A stretch of 64,000 nucleotides of DNA from the human T2T-CHM13v2.0 reference genome, Homo sapiens: the NCBI RefSeq assembly GCF_009914755.1, contig NC_060940.1; one strand, given 5' to 3'. The notes under the pieces are model-generated. The model was not told where the DNA came from and ran no database searches. It saw only the letters and a list, made by a program, of their open reading frames with translations. This document shows positions 1 through 15,300 of the stretch, piece by piece (within the stretch, counting starts at the first letter, position 1; every line of letters begins with the position of its first letter). The translations under genes were made by a program, and so were the position numbers.

Positions 1-64
1 TCCATTCAGTGATTCCATTTGAGCCTGTTCGATAATTCCATTTGAGTCCAACCAATGATTCCAT

Positions 65-3000
65 TCATTTCCCTTCCATGATTCCATTCGAGTCCATTTG
101 ATCATTCCGGTAGGGTCCATTCGATGTTGATTCCATTGGAGTGCATTCGATGATTCCATTCGAGTCCATTTTATGATTTGATTCGAGTTCTTTCGATGAT
201 TCCATTCGATTCCACTCGATGATGATTTCATTCGAGTCCATTCGACACTTCCAATCGATTCCATTTGATGTTTCCATTCGAGTCCAATTGATGATTCCAT
301 TCAATTCCATTCGATGATGATTCCGTACGATTCCATTCTGTGATGATTCCATGTGATTGCATTCAATGATGATTCCTTTAGACTGCATTCGATTGTGATT
401 CATTTCGTCTTCATTCTATGGTTCCACAGGTTTCCATTCGTGTCCATTCCATTATTCCATTCTATTCCATTTGATGATGATTCCATTCGATTCCATTCAT
501 TGGTGATTCCACTCAATTCCATTCAATGATTCCATTCCATTTCTTTCAACAATGATTCCATTAGTTTCTAATCGATGATCCACTTGATTCCATTTGACGA
601 CGATTCCATTCTTGTCCATTCGATGATTCCATTTGATTCCATATGATGATGATTCCATTCGATTCCATACGATGATGATTCCATTCGAGTCCATTCAATG
701 GTGATTCCATTCAATTCCATTCGATGATTCCTTTCGATTCCATTCGATGATGATGGCATTCGATTCCTTTCAATCATTCCCTTTGATTCCATTCAAAGGT
801 GATTTCATTCAAGTCCATTCGATAATTGCATTCGATTCCATTCTATGATGATTCCATTCGAGTCCATTTGATGATTCCATTCAATTCAAGTCAATGATGA
901 TTCCATTCGATTCCATTCGATGATTCCATTGGATTCCATTCGATGATGATTCCATTCAAATCCATTCGATAATTCAATTCAAGTCCATTCGATGATGATT
1001 AAAATCGAATCCATTCAAAGATTCCATTCAGTTCCATTCGATGATTCCCTTAGATTCCATTCGATGATTCCACTTGATTTCATTTACGATGATTCCATTC
1101 GATTCCATGTGATGATTCCATTCAATTCTATTCAATGCTGTTTCCATTTCTTTCCATTCGACCATGATTGCCTTTGATTCCATTCAATGACTCCATTCGG
1201 TTCCTTTTGATGATGATTCCGTTCGATTCCATTTCATTATTCCATTTGATTCCATTGGATGAGTCCATTCGATTACATTCGATGATTATTCCATTCGAGT
1301 GCATTAGATGATTCCATTCGAGTCCATTCGATGATTCCATTCGATTCCATTCGATGTTGATTCTGTTCAAATCCATTCGATGATTCCACTCGATTCCATT
1401 CGATGACTCCAGTTGATCCCATTCGATGATTTCCTTTGATTCCCTTTGATGATCATTCCATTTGATTCAATTCGGTGATTTCATTTGATTCCATTCAGTG
1501 ATGTTTCCATTCGACTCCATTCGATGATGATTCCATTCGACTCCATTCGATGATGATTCCATTCGACTCCATTCGATTATGATTTCATTCAATTCCATTC
1601 GATAATGATTCCCTTCGAGTCCATTCGATGATTCCATTCGATTCCATTCAACGATGATTTGATTCGTGTCCATTCGATGATTCCATTTGATTCCACTTGA
1701 TGATGATTCCATTCGAGTCCATTTGATGATTCCATTCAATTCCATTCTCCGATGATTTCTTTTGAGCCCACTCAATGCTTCCACTCGATTCCATATGATG
1801 ATGACTCCATTCGATGAAATTCGATGATGATTCCATTCGCTTGCATTCGATGATGATTCCACTTGAGTCCATTAGAAGATTCTATTCAATTACATTCCAT
1901 GACGATTCCGTTCGAGTCCATTTGATGATTCCATTAGACTCCATTCGACGATGATTCCATTCGATGTTATTCGATGATTCCATTCGATCTCATTCGATGA
2001 TGATTCCATTCAACTCCATTCGATGTTTCCATTCGAGTTCATTCTATTATTCCATTAGATTCCATTCGATGATGATTCCATTCGATTCCATTTGATGATT
2101 GCATTCTATTTCATTTGATGATGATTCCATTCGAGTCCACTCGATGATTCCATTCGAGTCCATTTAATGAATCCATTGGTTTCAATTCTATGATGATTAC
2201 ATTGGATTCCATTCGTTGATGATTTCATTCGGTTCCATTCAATGATGATTCCATTCAATTCCTTTCAATGTTTCCATTCAATTCCATACGATGATGATTC
2301 CATTTGATTTGATTCGACAGTGAGCCATTCGATTCAATTCCATGATGATTCTATTTGATTCAATTGGTTGACATTTCCATTCGATTCCATTCGATGATGA
2401 TTCCCTTTGATTCCGTTCAACGATGATTCCATTCTAGCCCATTCAATCATTCCATTCGATTCTATTCAATGATGATTCCATTCATGTCGATTTGGTGATT
2501 CCATTTGACTTCATTTGATGATGATTCCTTTCAAGTTCATTAGATGATTCCATTCGATTCCATTTGATGATGATCCCATTCGAGTCCATTCAGTGATTCC
2601 ACTCGTTTCCATTCCATGATGATTCCATTCCATTCCATTCAATGATTCCATTCGATTCCGTTTGATGATGATTTCATTCGAGTCCATTTGATGATTCCAT
2701 TTGATTCCATTCGATGATGATTCCATTCGAGTCCATTCGATGATTCTATTCGAATCCATTTGATGATTTCTTTTGATTATATTTGGTGATGATTCCATTG
2801 GAGTCCATTCAATGATTCCATTCGATTCCAATCGATGGTGATTCCATTAGAGTCCATTTAATGATTCCATTTGATTCCAGTCTCTGATGATTACATTCGA
2901 GTCCATACGATGATTCCACTCAATTCCATATCATGATGATTCCATTCGATTCCATTCGATGATTCCATTCTATTCTATTCAATGGTGATTCCATTCGAGT

Positions 3001-6000
3001 ACATTAGATGATTCCATTCGATTCCATTCAATGATGATTCTATTTGTGTCCCTTAGATGATTCCACATGATTCCATTAGATGATGATACTATTTGAGCCC
3101 ATCCAATGATTCCCTTCGATTCCATTCGATGAGGATTCCATTCGATTCAATTCATTGGTGATTCTATTCAATTCAATTCTTTGATTCCATTCCATTCCAT
3201 TCGACAATGATTCCATTCGATTTCTTTCGATGATTCCACTCGATTCCACTTGACATTGATTCCCTTCGATTCCATTCAATGATTCCATTTGATTCCAGTG
3301 GATGATGATTGCCATCGATTCCATTTGATCACTCCATTCTATTCCACTTGATGATGATTACATTCGATTCCATTTGACGATTCCATCTGATTCTATTCGA
3401 GGATTCCATTTGATTCCATTCGATGATGATTCCATTCGAGTCCATTCGATGATATCATTCGAGTACATCCAATGATTCCATTCGAGTCCATTTGATGATT
3501 CCATTTGATTCCATTTGATAATGATTCTACTAGAGTCCATTCAATGACTCCATTGGAGTCCATTCAACAATTCCATTCGACTCCATTTGATGATTCCATT
3601 GGATTCCATTTGATGATTCCATTCGAGTCCATTTAATCATTACAGTCGAGTCCATTTGGTGATTCCACCGGCTTTCTTTTGATAATGATACCATTCAATT
3701 ACATTTGATGATGATCCCATTCAATTTCATTTGATGATGATTCCATTAGAGTCCATTCGATGATTTCATTCGAGTCCCTTCATTGATTCCATCCGATTTC
3801 ATTGGATGATGACTCCATTCGAGTCCATTCGATGATTCCACTCGATTCCATTAGATGATTCCATTGGAGTCCATTTGATTGTTCCATTCGATTCCATTCG
3901 ATTCCTTTCGAAGATTATTCCATTTGAGTCCATTCGATGATGATTCCATTCCATTCCATTCGATGATTCCGTTTGATTCCATTCGATGATTCCCTTCCAT
4001 TCCTTTCTTTGATGATTCCATTCCATTCCATTCAATGATTCCATTCGAATCTATTCCATGATGATTCCTTTCGATTCCATTCGCTGATGTTTCCGTTCAA
4101 TTCCATTCGATGATGATTCCATTCGATTCCATTCATTGAGGATTCCATTTGATTCCATTCAATGATGATTCCGTTCTATTCCATTCAATGATTGCATTCA
4201 ATTCCATTCAGTGATTATCCCCTTAGAGTAAACTCAACGATTCCATTCAATACCATTCGATGATGATTCCTTTTGAGTCCATTCAATGATTTCATTCAAG
4301 TCCATTTGATGATTCCTTTCAATTCCATTCTATGATGATTCCATTCGAGTCCATTCGATGATTCCATTCGATTGCATTCGATGATTCCATTATATTCCAG
4401 TCAACGATGATTCCATTCGAGTCCATTCGATGATTCCATTAGAGTACATTTAATGATTGCTTTGTTTTCAATTCGAAGATGATTACATTGGATTCCATTC
4501 TATGATACCATTCGATTCCATTCAATGATGATTCCACTCAAATCCATTGGATGATTCCATTCGTGTCCATTCGGTGATTTCATTAGATTCCATTCGAGGA
4601 TGATTCCATTCGATTCCATTCGATGATTCCATTCAATTCCATTCGAGGATGATTCCATTCCAGTCCATATGATCATTCCATTTGATTTCATTCGATGATG
4701 ATTCCATTCGATTCCATTCGATGATTCCATTCTATTCCATTCGATGATGATTCCATTCGAGTCCATTCGATGATTCCATTCGAGTCCATTTAATGATTCC
4801 ATTGGGTTCAATTCAATGATGATTACATTGGATTCCGTTCTATGATTCCATTCAATTCCGTTCATTGACAATTTGATTCCATTCGATGATGATTCCATTT
4901 GAGTTCATTCGATGATTCTATTCGATTCTCTTCGATGGTGATTCAATTCTATTATATTGGATGATTCCATTCGATTCCATTTGATGTTGATTCAATTCGA
5001 TTCTATTCGATGATGATTCCATTGGATTTCACTTGATGATTCTATTCGATTCCATTCAATGATGATTCACTTCTCGTCCATTGGATGATTCCATTTCATT
5101 CCATTCGATGATGATTCCATTCGATTCCATTCGATGATTCCATTTGATTCCATGCGTCGGTGAGCAATTCGATTCAATTCCATGATGATTCTATTTGATT
5201 CAATTAGATGATGTTTCCATTCGAATCCATTCCATGATTATTCCATTGGAATCCATTCGGCGATGATTCCATATGAGTCAATTCAATGATGATTCCATAT
5301 GGGTCCGTTCGATGATAATTCCATTTGATTTCATTCGGTGCTTCTATTCAATTCCAGTCGATGATGATTCCGTTGGAGTCCATACGATGATTCCATTTGA
5401 TTTCATTTGATGATGATTCCATTCGATGATGATTACATTGGATTCCATTCTATGATTCCATTCAATTCCATTCGTTGATGATTCGATTCCATTAAATGAT
5501 GATTCCTTTTGAGTTCATTCGATGATTCTATTCGATTCCGTTCGATGGTGATTCAATTCTCTTATATTGGATGAATCCACTCGATTCCATTTGATGATTA
5601 TTCCATTGGAGTCCACTTAGTGAATCCTTCAGATTCTACTCGAAGATGATTCCATTCAAGTCCATTCGATGATACCATTCAATTCCATTCGTTGATGCTT
5701 CCATTCAAGTGCATTCGATGATATCATTCGATTCCATTTGATGATAATTCCATTTGATTCCATGCGATGATTCTATTCGATTCCATTCAATGATAATTCC
5801 ATTCAGTTCAGTGATTCCTCTGGACTCCATTTGATGATGATTCCATTCAATGATTCCATTCGATTCTATTCGAAAATGATTCCATTTGAATCCATTTGAT
5901 GATGATTCCATTAGATTCCATTTGATGATTCCATTCGATTCCATGTGACGATGATTCCATTCGATTCCATGTGATGATTCCATTCTATTCTATTCGATGA

Positions 6001-6202
6001 TGATTCCATTCGATTCCATTCGATGATGATTGGATTCGATTCCATTTGATGATTTCATTTGATTCCATTCGTTAATGATTTCGATCAATTCCATTCGATG
6101 ATTCCATTCGATTCCATTCGATAATGATTACATCCGTGTCCATTCAGTGATTCCATTTGAGCCTGTTCGATAATTCCATTTGAGTCCAACCAATGATTCC
6201 AT
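65..6202 (+). repeat. Unit 1 of ~6.1 kb nested tandem repeat (6138 bp = 6112 + 26 bp duplication)
   Basis: Anchor frames at 65 and 6203. Extra 26-mer at 1505-1556. Unit phase is arbitrary. Confidence 0.93.
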
Positions 6203-9200
6203 TCATTTCCCTTCCATGATTCCATTCGAGTCCATTTGATCATTCCGGTAGGGTCCATTCGATGTTGATTCCATTGGAGTGCATTCGATGATTCCATTCG
6301 AGTCCATTTTATGATTTGATTCGAGTTCTTTCGATGATTCCATTCGATTCCACTCGATGATGATTTCATTCGAGTCCATTCGACACTTCCAATCGATTCC
6401 ATTTGATGTTTCCATTCGAGTCCAATTGATGATTCCATTCAATTCCATTCGATGATGATTCCGTACGATTCCATTCTGTGATGATTCCATGTGATTGCAT
6501 TCAATGATGATTCCTTTAGATTGCATTCGATTGTGATTCATTTCGTCTTCATTCTATGGTTCCACAGGTTTCCATTCGTGTCCATTCCATTATTCCATTC
6601 TATTCCATTTGATGATGATTCCATTCGATTCCATTCATTGGTGATTCCACTCAATTCCATTCAATGATTCCATTCCATTTCTTTCAACAATGATTCCATT
6701 AGTTTCTAATCGATGATCCACTTGATTCCATTTGACGACGATTCCATTCTTGTCCATTCGATGATTCCATTTGATTCCATATGATGATGATTCCATTCGA
6801 TTCCATACGATGATGATTCCATTCGAGTCCATTCAATGGTGATTCCATTCAATTCCATTCGATGATTCCTTTCGATTCCATTCGATGATGATGGCATTCG
6901 ATTCCTTTCAATCATTCCCTTTGATTCCATTCAAAGGTGATTTCATTCAAGTCCATTCGATAATTGCATTCGATTCCATTCTATGATGATTCCATTCGAG
7001 TCCATTTGATGATTCCATTCAATTCAAGTCAATGATGATTCCATTCGATTCCATTCGATGATTCCATTGGATTCCATTCGATGATGATTCCATTCAAATC
7101 CATTCGATAATTCAATTCAAGTCCATTCGATGATGATTAAAATCGAATCCATTCAAAGATTCCATTCAGTTCCATTCGATGATTCCCTTAGATTCCATTC
7201 GATGATTCCACTTGATTTCATTTACGATGATTCCATTCGATTCCATGTGATGATTCCATTCAATTCTATTCAATGCTGTTTCCATTTCTTTCCATTCGAC
7301 CATGATTGCCTTTGATTCCATTCAATGACTCCATTCGGTTCCTTTTGATGATGATTCCGTTCGATTCCATTTCATTATTCCATTTGATTCCATTGGATGA
7401 GTCCATTCGATTACATTCGATGATTATTCCATTCGAGTGCATTAGATGATTCCATTCGAGTCCATTCGATGATTCCATTCGATTCCATTCGATGTTGATT
7501 CTGTTCAAATCCATTCGATGATTCCACTCGATTCCATTCGATGACTCCAGTTGATCCCATTCGATGATTTCCTTTGATTCCCTTTGATGATCATTTCGTT
7601 TGATTCAATTCGGTGATTTCATTTGATTCCATTCAGTGATGTTTCCATTCGACTCCATTCGATGATGATTCCATTCGACTCCATTCGATGATGATTCCAT
7701 TCGACTCCATTCGATTATGATTTCATTCAATTCCATTCGATAATGATTCCCTTCGAGTCCATTCGATGATTCCATTCGATTCCATTCAACGATGATTTGA
7801 TTCGTGTCCATTCGATGATTCCATTTGATTCCACTTGATGATGATTCCATTCGAGTCCATTTGATGATTCCATTCAATTCCATTCTCCGATGATTTCTTT
7901 TGAGCCCACTCAATGCTTCCACTCGATTCCATATGATGATGACTCCATTCGATGAAATTCGATGATGATTCCATTCGCTTGCATTCGATGATGATTCCAC
8001 TTGAGTCCATTAGAAGATTCTATTCAATTACATTCCATGACGATTCCGTTCGAGTCCATTTGATGATTCCATTAGACTCCATTCGACGATGATTCCATTC
8101 GATGTTATTCGATGATTCCATTCGATCTCATTCGATGATGATTCCATTCAACTCCATTCGATGTTTCCATTCGAGTTCATTCTATTATTCCATTAGATTC
8201 CATTCGATGATGATTCCATTCGATTCCATTTGATGATTGCATTCTATTTCATTTGATGATGATTCCATTCGAGTCCACTCGATGATTCCATTCGAGTCCA
8301 TTTAATGAATCCATTGGTTTCAATTCTATGATGATTACATTGGATTCCATTCGTTGATGATTTCATTCGGTTCCATTCAATGATGATTCCATTCAATTCC
8401 TTTCAATGTTTCCATTCAATTCCATACGATGATGATTCCATTTGATTTGATTCGACAGTGAGCCATTCGATTCAATTCCATGATGATTCTATTTGATTCC
8501 ATTGGTTGACATTTCCATTCGATTCCATTCGATGATGATTCCCTTTGATTCCATTCAAAGATGATTCCATTCTAGCCCATTCAATCATTCCATTCGATTC
8601 TATTCAATGATGATTCCATTCATGTCGATTTGGTGATTCCATTTGACTTCATTTGATGATGATTCCTTTCAAGTTCATTAGATGATTCCATTCGATTCCA
8701 TTTGATGATGATCCCATTCGAGTCCATTCAGTGATTCCACTCGTTTCCATTCCATGATGATTCCATTCCATTCCATTCAATGATTCCATTCGATTCCGTT
8801 TGATGATGATTTCATTCGAGTCCATTTGATGATTCCATTTGATTCCATTCGATGATGATTCCATTCGAGTCCATTCGATGATTCTATTCGAATCCATTTG
8901 ATGATTTCTTTTGATTATATTTGGTGATGATTCCATTGGAGTCCATTCAATGATTCCATTCGATTCCAATCGATGGTGATTCCATTAGAGTCCATTTAAT
9001 GATTCCATTTGATTCCAGTCTCTGATGATTACATTCGAGTCCATACGATGATTCCACTCAATTCCATATCATGATGATTCCATTCGATTCCATTCGATGA
9101 TTCCATTCTATTCTATTCAATGGTGATTCCATTCGAGTACATTAGATGATTCCATTCGATTCCATTCAATGATGATTCTATTTGTGTCCCTTAGATGATT

Positions 9201-12200
9201 CCACATGATTCCATTAGATGATGATACTATTTGAGCCCATCCAATGATTCCCTTCGATTCCATTCGATGAGGATTCCATTCGATTCAATTCATTGGTGAT
9301 TCTATTCAATTCAATTCTTTGATTCCATTCCATTCCATTCGACAATGATTCCATTCGATTTCTTTCGATGATTCCACTCGATTCCACTTGACATTGATTC
9401 CCTTCGATTCCATTCAATGATTCCATTTGATTCCAGTGGATGATGATTGCCATCGATTCCATTTGATCACTCCATTCTATTCCACTTGATGATGATTACA
9501 TTCGATTCCATTTGACGATTCCATCTGATTCTATTCGAGGATTCCATTTGATTCCATTCGATGATGATTCCATTCGAGTCCATTCGATGATATCATTCGA
9601 GTACATCCAATGATTCCATTCGAGTCCATTTGATGATTCCATTTGATTCCATTTGATAATGATTCTACTAGAGTCCATTCAATGACTCCATTGGAGTCCA
9701 TTCAACAATTCCATTCGACTCCATTTGATGATTCCATTGGATTCCATTTGATGATTCCATTCGAGTCCATTTAATCATTACAGTCGAGTCCATTTGGTGA
9801 TTCCACCGGCTTTCTTTTGATAATGATACCATTCAATTACATTTGATGATGATCCCATTCAATTTCATTTGATGATGATTCCATTAGAGTCCATTCGATG
9901 ATTTCATTCGAGTCCCTTCATTGATTCCATCCGATTTCATTGGATGATGACTCCATTCGAGTCCATTCGATGATTCCACTCGATTCCATTAGATGATTCC
10001 ATTGGAGTCCATTTGATTGTTCCATTCGATTCCATTCGATTCCTTTCGAAGATTATTCCATTTGAGTCCATTCGATGATGATTCCATTCCACTCCATTCG
10101 ATGATTCCGTTTGATTCCATTCGATGATTCCCTTCCATTCCTTTCTTTGATGATTCCATTCCATTCCATTCAATGATTCCATTCGAATCTATTCCATGAT
10201 GATTCCTTTCGATTCCATTCGCTGATGTTTCCGTTCAATTCCATTCGATGATGATTCCATTCGATTCCATTCATTGAGGATTCCATTTGATTCCATTCAA
10301 TGATGATTCCGTTCTATTCCATTCAATGATTGCATTCAATTCCATTCAGTGATTATCCCCTTAGAGTAAACTCAACGATTCCATTCAATACCATTCGATG
10401 ATGATTCCTTTTGAGTCCATTCAATGATTTCATTCAAGTCCATTTGATGATTCCTTTCAATTCCATTCTATGATGATTCCATTCGAGTCCATTCGATGAT
10501 TCCATTCGATTGCATTCGATTATTCCATTATATTCCAGTCAACGATGATTCCATTCGAGTCCATTCGATGATTCCATTAGAGTACATTTAATGATTGCTT
10601 TGTTTTCAATTCGAAGATGATTACATTGGATTCCATTCTATGATACCATTCGATTCCATTCAATGATGATTCCACTCAAATCCATTGGATGATTCCATTC
10701 GTGTCCATTCGGTGATTTCATTAGATTCCATTCGAGGATGATTCCATTCGATTCCATTCGATGATTCCATTCAATTCCATTCGAGGATGATTCCATTCCA
10801 GTCCATATGATCATTCCATTTGATTTCATTCGATGATGATTCCATTCGATTCCATTCGATGATTCCATTCTATTCCATTCGATGATGATTCCATTCGAGT
10901 CCATTCGATGATTCCATTCGAGTCCATTTAATGATTCCATTGGGTTCAATTCAATGATGATTACATTGGATTCCGTTCTATGATTCCATTCAATTCCGTT
11001 CATTGACAATTTGATTCCATTCGATGATGATTCCATTTGAGTTCATTCGATGATTCTATTCGATTCTCTTCGATGGTGATTCAATTCTATTATATTGGAT
11101 GATTCCATTCGATTCCATTTGATGTTGATTCAATTCGATTCTATTCGATGATGATTCCATTGGATTTCACTTGATGATTCTATTCGATTCCATTCAATGA
11201 TGATTCACTTCTCGTCCATTGGATGATTCCATTTCATTCCATTCGATGATGATTCCATTCGATTCCATTCGATGATTCCATTTGATTCCATGCGTCGGTG
11301 AGCAATTCGATTCAATTCCATGATGATTCTATTTGATTCAATTAGATGATGTTTCCATTCGAATCCATTCCATGATTATTCCATTGGAATCCATTCGGCG
11401 ATGATTCCATATGAGTCAATTCAATGATGATTCCATATGGGTCCGTTCGATGATAATTCCATTTGATTTCATTCGGTGCTTCTATTCAATTCCAGTCGAT
11501 GATGATTCCGTTGGAGTCCATACGATGATTCCATTTGATTTCATTTGATGATGATTCCATTCGATGATGATTACATTGGATTCCATTCTATGATTCCATT
11601 CAATTCCATTCGTTGATGATTCGATTCCATTAAATGATGATTCCATTTGAGTTCATTCGATGATTCTATTCCATTCCGTTCGATGGTGATTCAATTCTCT
11701 TATATTGGATGAATCCACTCGATTCCATTTGATGATTATTCCATTGGAGTCCACTTAGTGAATCCTTCAGATTCTACTCGAAGATGATTCCATTCAAGTC
11801 CATTCGATGATACCATTCAATTCCATTCGTTGATGCTTCCATTCAAGTGCATTCGATGATATCATTCGATTCCATTTGATGATAATTCCATTTGATTCCA
11901 TGCGATGATTCTATTCGATTCCATTCAATGATAATTCCATTCAGTTCAGTGATTCCTCTGGACTCCATTTGATGATGATTCCATTCAATGATTCCATTCG
12001 ATTCTATTCGAAAGTGATTCCATTTGAATCCATTTGATGATGATTCCATTAGATTCCATTTGATGATTCCATTCGATTCCATGCGACGATGATTCCATTC
12101 GATTCCATGTGATGATTCCATTCTATTCTATTCGATGATGATTCCATTCGATTCCATTCGATGATGATTGGATTCGATTCCATTTGATGATATCATTTGA

Positions 12201-12340
12201 TTCCATTCGTTAATGATTTCGATCAATTCCATTCGATGATTCCATTCGATTCCATTCGATAATGATTACATCCGTGTCCATTCAGTGATTCCATTTGAGC
12301 CTGTTCGATAACTCCATTTGAGTCCAACCAATGATTCCAT
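6203..12340 (+). repeat. Unit 2 (6138 bp), near-identical to unit 1
   Basis: All ORF marks are offset by exactly 6138 from unit 1. Same 26 bp duplication at 7643-7694. Confidence 0.93.
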
Positions 12341-15300
12341 TCATTTCCATTCAATGATTCCATTCGAGTCCATTTGATCATTCCGGTAGGGTCCATTCGA
12401 TGTTGATTCCATTGGAGTGCATTCGATGATTCCATTCGAGTCCATTTTACGATTTGATTCGAGTCCTTTCGATGATTCCATTCGATTCCACTCGATGATG
12501 ATTTCATTCGAGTCCATTCGACACTTCCAATCGATTCCATTTGATGTTTCCATTCGAGTCCAATTGATGATTCCATTCAATTCCATTCGATGATGATTCC
12601 GTAGGATTCCATTCTGTGATGATTCCATGTGATTGCATTCAATGATGATTCCTTTAGATTGCATTCGATTGTGATTCATTTCGTCTTCACTCTATCGTTC
12701 CACAGGTTTCCATTCGTGTCCATTCCATTATTCCATTCTATTCCATTTGATGATGATTCCATTCGATTCCATTCATTGGTGATTCCACTCAATTCCATTC
12801 AATGATTCCATTCCATTTCTTTCAACAATGATTCCATTAGTTTCTAATCGATGATCCACTTGATTCCATTTGACGACGATTCCATTCTTGTCCATTCGAT
12901 GATTCCATTTGATTCCATATGATGATGATTCCATTCGATTCCATACGATGATGATTCCATTCGAGTCCATTCAATGGTGATTCCATTCAATTCCATTCGA
13001 TGATTCCTTTCGATTCCATTCGATGATGATGGCATTCGATTCCTTTCAATCATTCCCTTTGATTCCATTCAAAGGTGATTTCATTCAAGTCCATTCGATA
13101 ATTGCATTCGATTCCATTCTATGATGATTCCATTCGAGTCCATTTGATGATTCCATTCAATTCAAGTCAATGATGATTCCATTCGATTCCATTCGATGAT
13201 TCCATTGGATTCCATTCGATGATGATTCCATTCAAATCCATTCGATAATTCAATTCAAGTCCATTCGATGATGATTAAAATCGAATCCATTCAAAGATTC
13301 CATTCAGTTCCATTCGATGATTCCCTTAGATTCCATTCGATGATTCCACTTGATTTCATTTACGATGATTCCATTCGATTCCATGTGATGATTCCATTCA
13401 ATTCTATTCAATGCTGTTTCCATTTGATTCCATTCGACCATGATTGCCTTTGATTCCATTCAATGACTCCATTCGGTTCCTTTTGATGATGATTCCGTTC
13501 GATTCCATTTCATTATTCCATTTGATTCCATTGGATGAGTCCATTCGATTACATTCGATGATTATTCCATTCGAGTGCATTAGATGATTCCATTCGAGTC
13601 CATTCGATGATTCCATTCGATTCCATTCGATGTTGATTCTGTTCAAATCCATTCGATGATTCCACTCGATTCCATTCGATGACTCCAGTTGATCCCATTC
13701 GATGATTTCCTTTGATTCCCTTTGATGATCATTCCATTTGATTCAATTCGGTGATTTCATTTGATTCCATTCAGTGATGTTTCCATTCGACTCCATTCGA
13801 TGATGATTCCATTCGACTCCATTCGATTATGATTTCATTCAATTCCATTCGATAATGATTCCCTTTGAGTCCATTCGATGATTCCATTCGATTCCATTCA
13901 ACGATGATTTGATTCGTGTCCATTCGATGATTCCATTTGATTCCACTTGATGATGATTCCATTCGAGTCCATTTGATGATTCCATTCAATTCCATTCTCC
14001 GATGATTTCTTTTGAGCCCACTCAATGCTTCCACTCGATTCCATATGATGATGACTCCATTCGATGAAATTCGATGATGATTCCATTCGCTTGCATTCGA
14101 TGATGATTCCACTTGAGTCCATTAGAAGATTCTATTCAATTACATTCCATGACGATTCCGTTCGAGTCCATTTGATGATTCCATTAGACTCCATTCGACG
14201 ATGATTCCATTCGATGTTATTCGATGATTCCATTCGATCTCATTCGATGATGATTCCATTCAACTCCATTCGATGTTTCCATTCGAGTTCATTCTATTAT
14301 TCCATTAGATTCCATTCGATGATGATTCCATTCGATTCCATTTGATGATTGCATTCTATTTCATTTGATGATGATTCCATTCGAGTCCACTCGATGATTC
14401 CATTCGAGTCCATTTAATGAATCCATTGGTTTCAATTCTATGATGATTACATTGGATTCCATTCGTTGATGATTTCATTCGGTTCCATTCAATGATGATT
14501 CCATTCAATTCCTTTCAATGTTTCCATTCAATTCCATACGATGATGATTCCATTTGATTTGATTCGACAGGGAGCCATTCGATTCAATTCCATGATGATT
14601 CTATTTGATTCCATTGGTTGACATTTCCATTCGATTCCATTCGATGATGATTCCCTTTGATTCCATTCAAAGATGATTCCATTCTAGCCCATTCAATCAT
14701 TCCATTCGATTCTATTCAATGATGATTCCATTCATGTCGATTTGGTGATTCCATTTGACTTCATTTGATGATGATTCCTTTCAAGTTCATTAGATGATTC
14801 CATTCGATTCCATTTGATGATGATCCCATTCGAGTCCATTCAGTGATTCCACTCGTTTCCATTCCATGATGATTCCATTCCATTCCATTCAATGATTCCA
14901 TTCGATTCCGTTTGATGATGATTTCATTCGAGTCCATTTGATGATTCCATTTGATTCCATTCGATGATGATTCCATTCGAGTCCATTCGATGATTCTATT
15001 CGAATCCATTTGATGATTTCTTTTGATTATAGTTGGTGATGATTCCATTGGAGTCCATTCAATGATTCCATTTGATTCCAGTCTCTGATGATTACATTCG
15101 AGTCCATACGATGATTCCACTCAATTCCATATGATGATGATTCCATTCGATTCCATTCGGTGATTCCATTCTATTCTATTCAATGGTGATTCCATTCGAG
15201 TACATTAGATGATTCCATTCGATTCCATTCAATGATGATTCTATTTGTGTCCCTTAGATGATTCCACATGATTCCATTAGATGATGATACTATTTGAGCC

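Noticed and set aside
992-1177. Recurrent plus-strand 61 aa ORF (MMIKIESIQRF...)
   Set aside because: It recurs only because the unit recurs. It is absent from the ORF track in the variant units, and there is no coding evidence.
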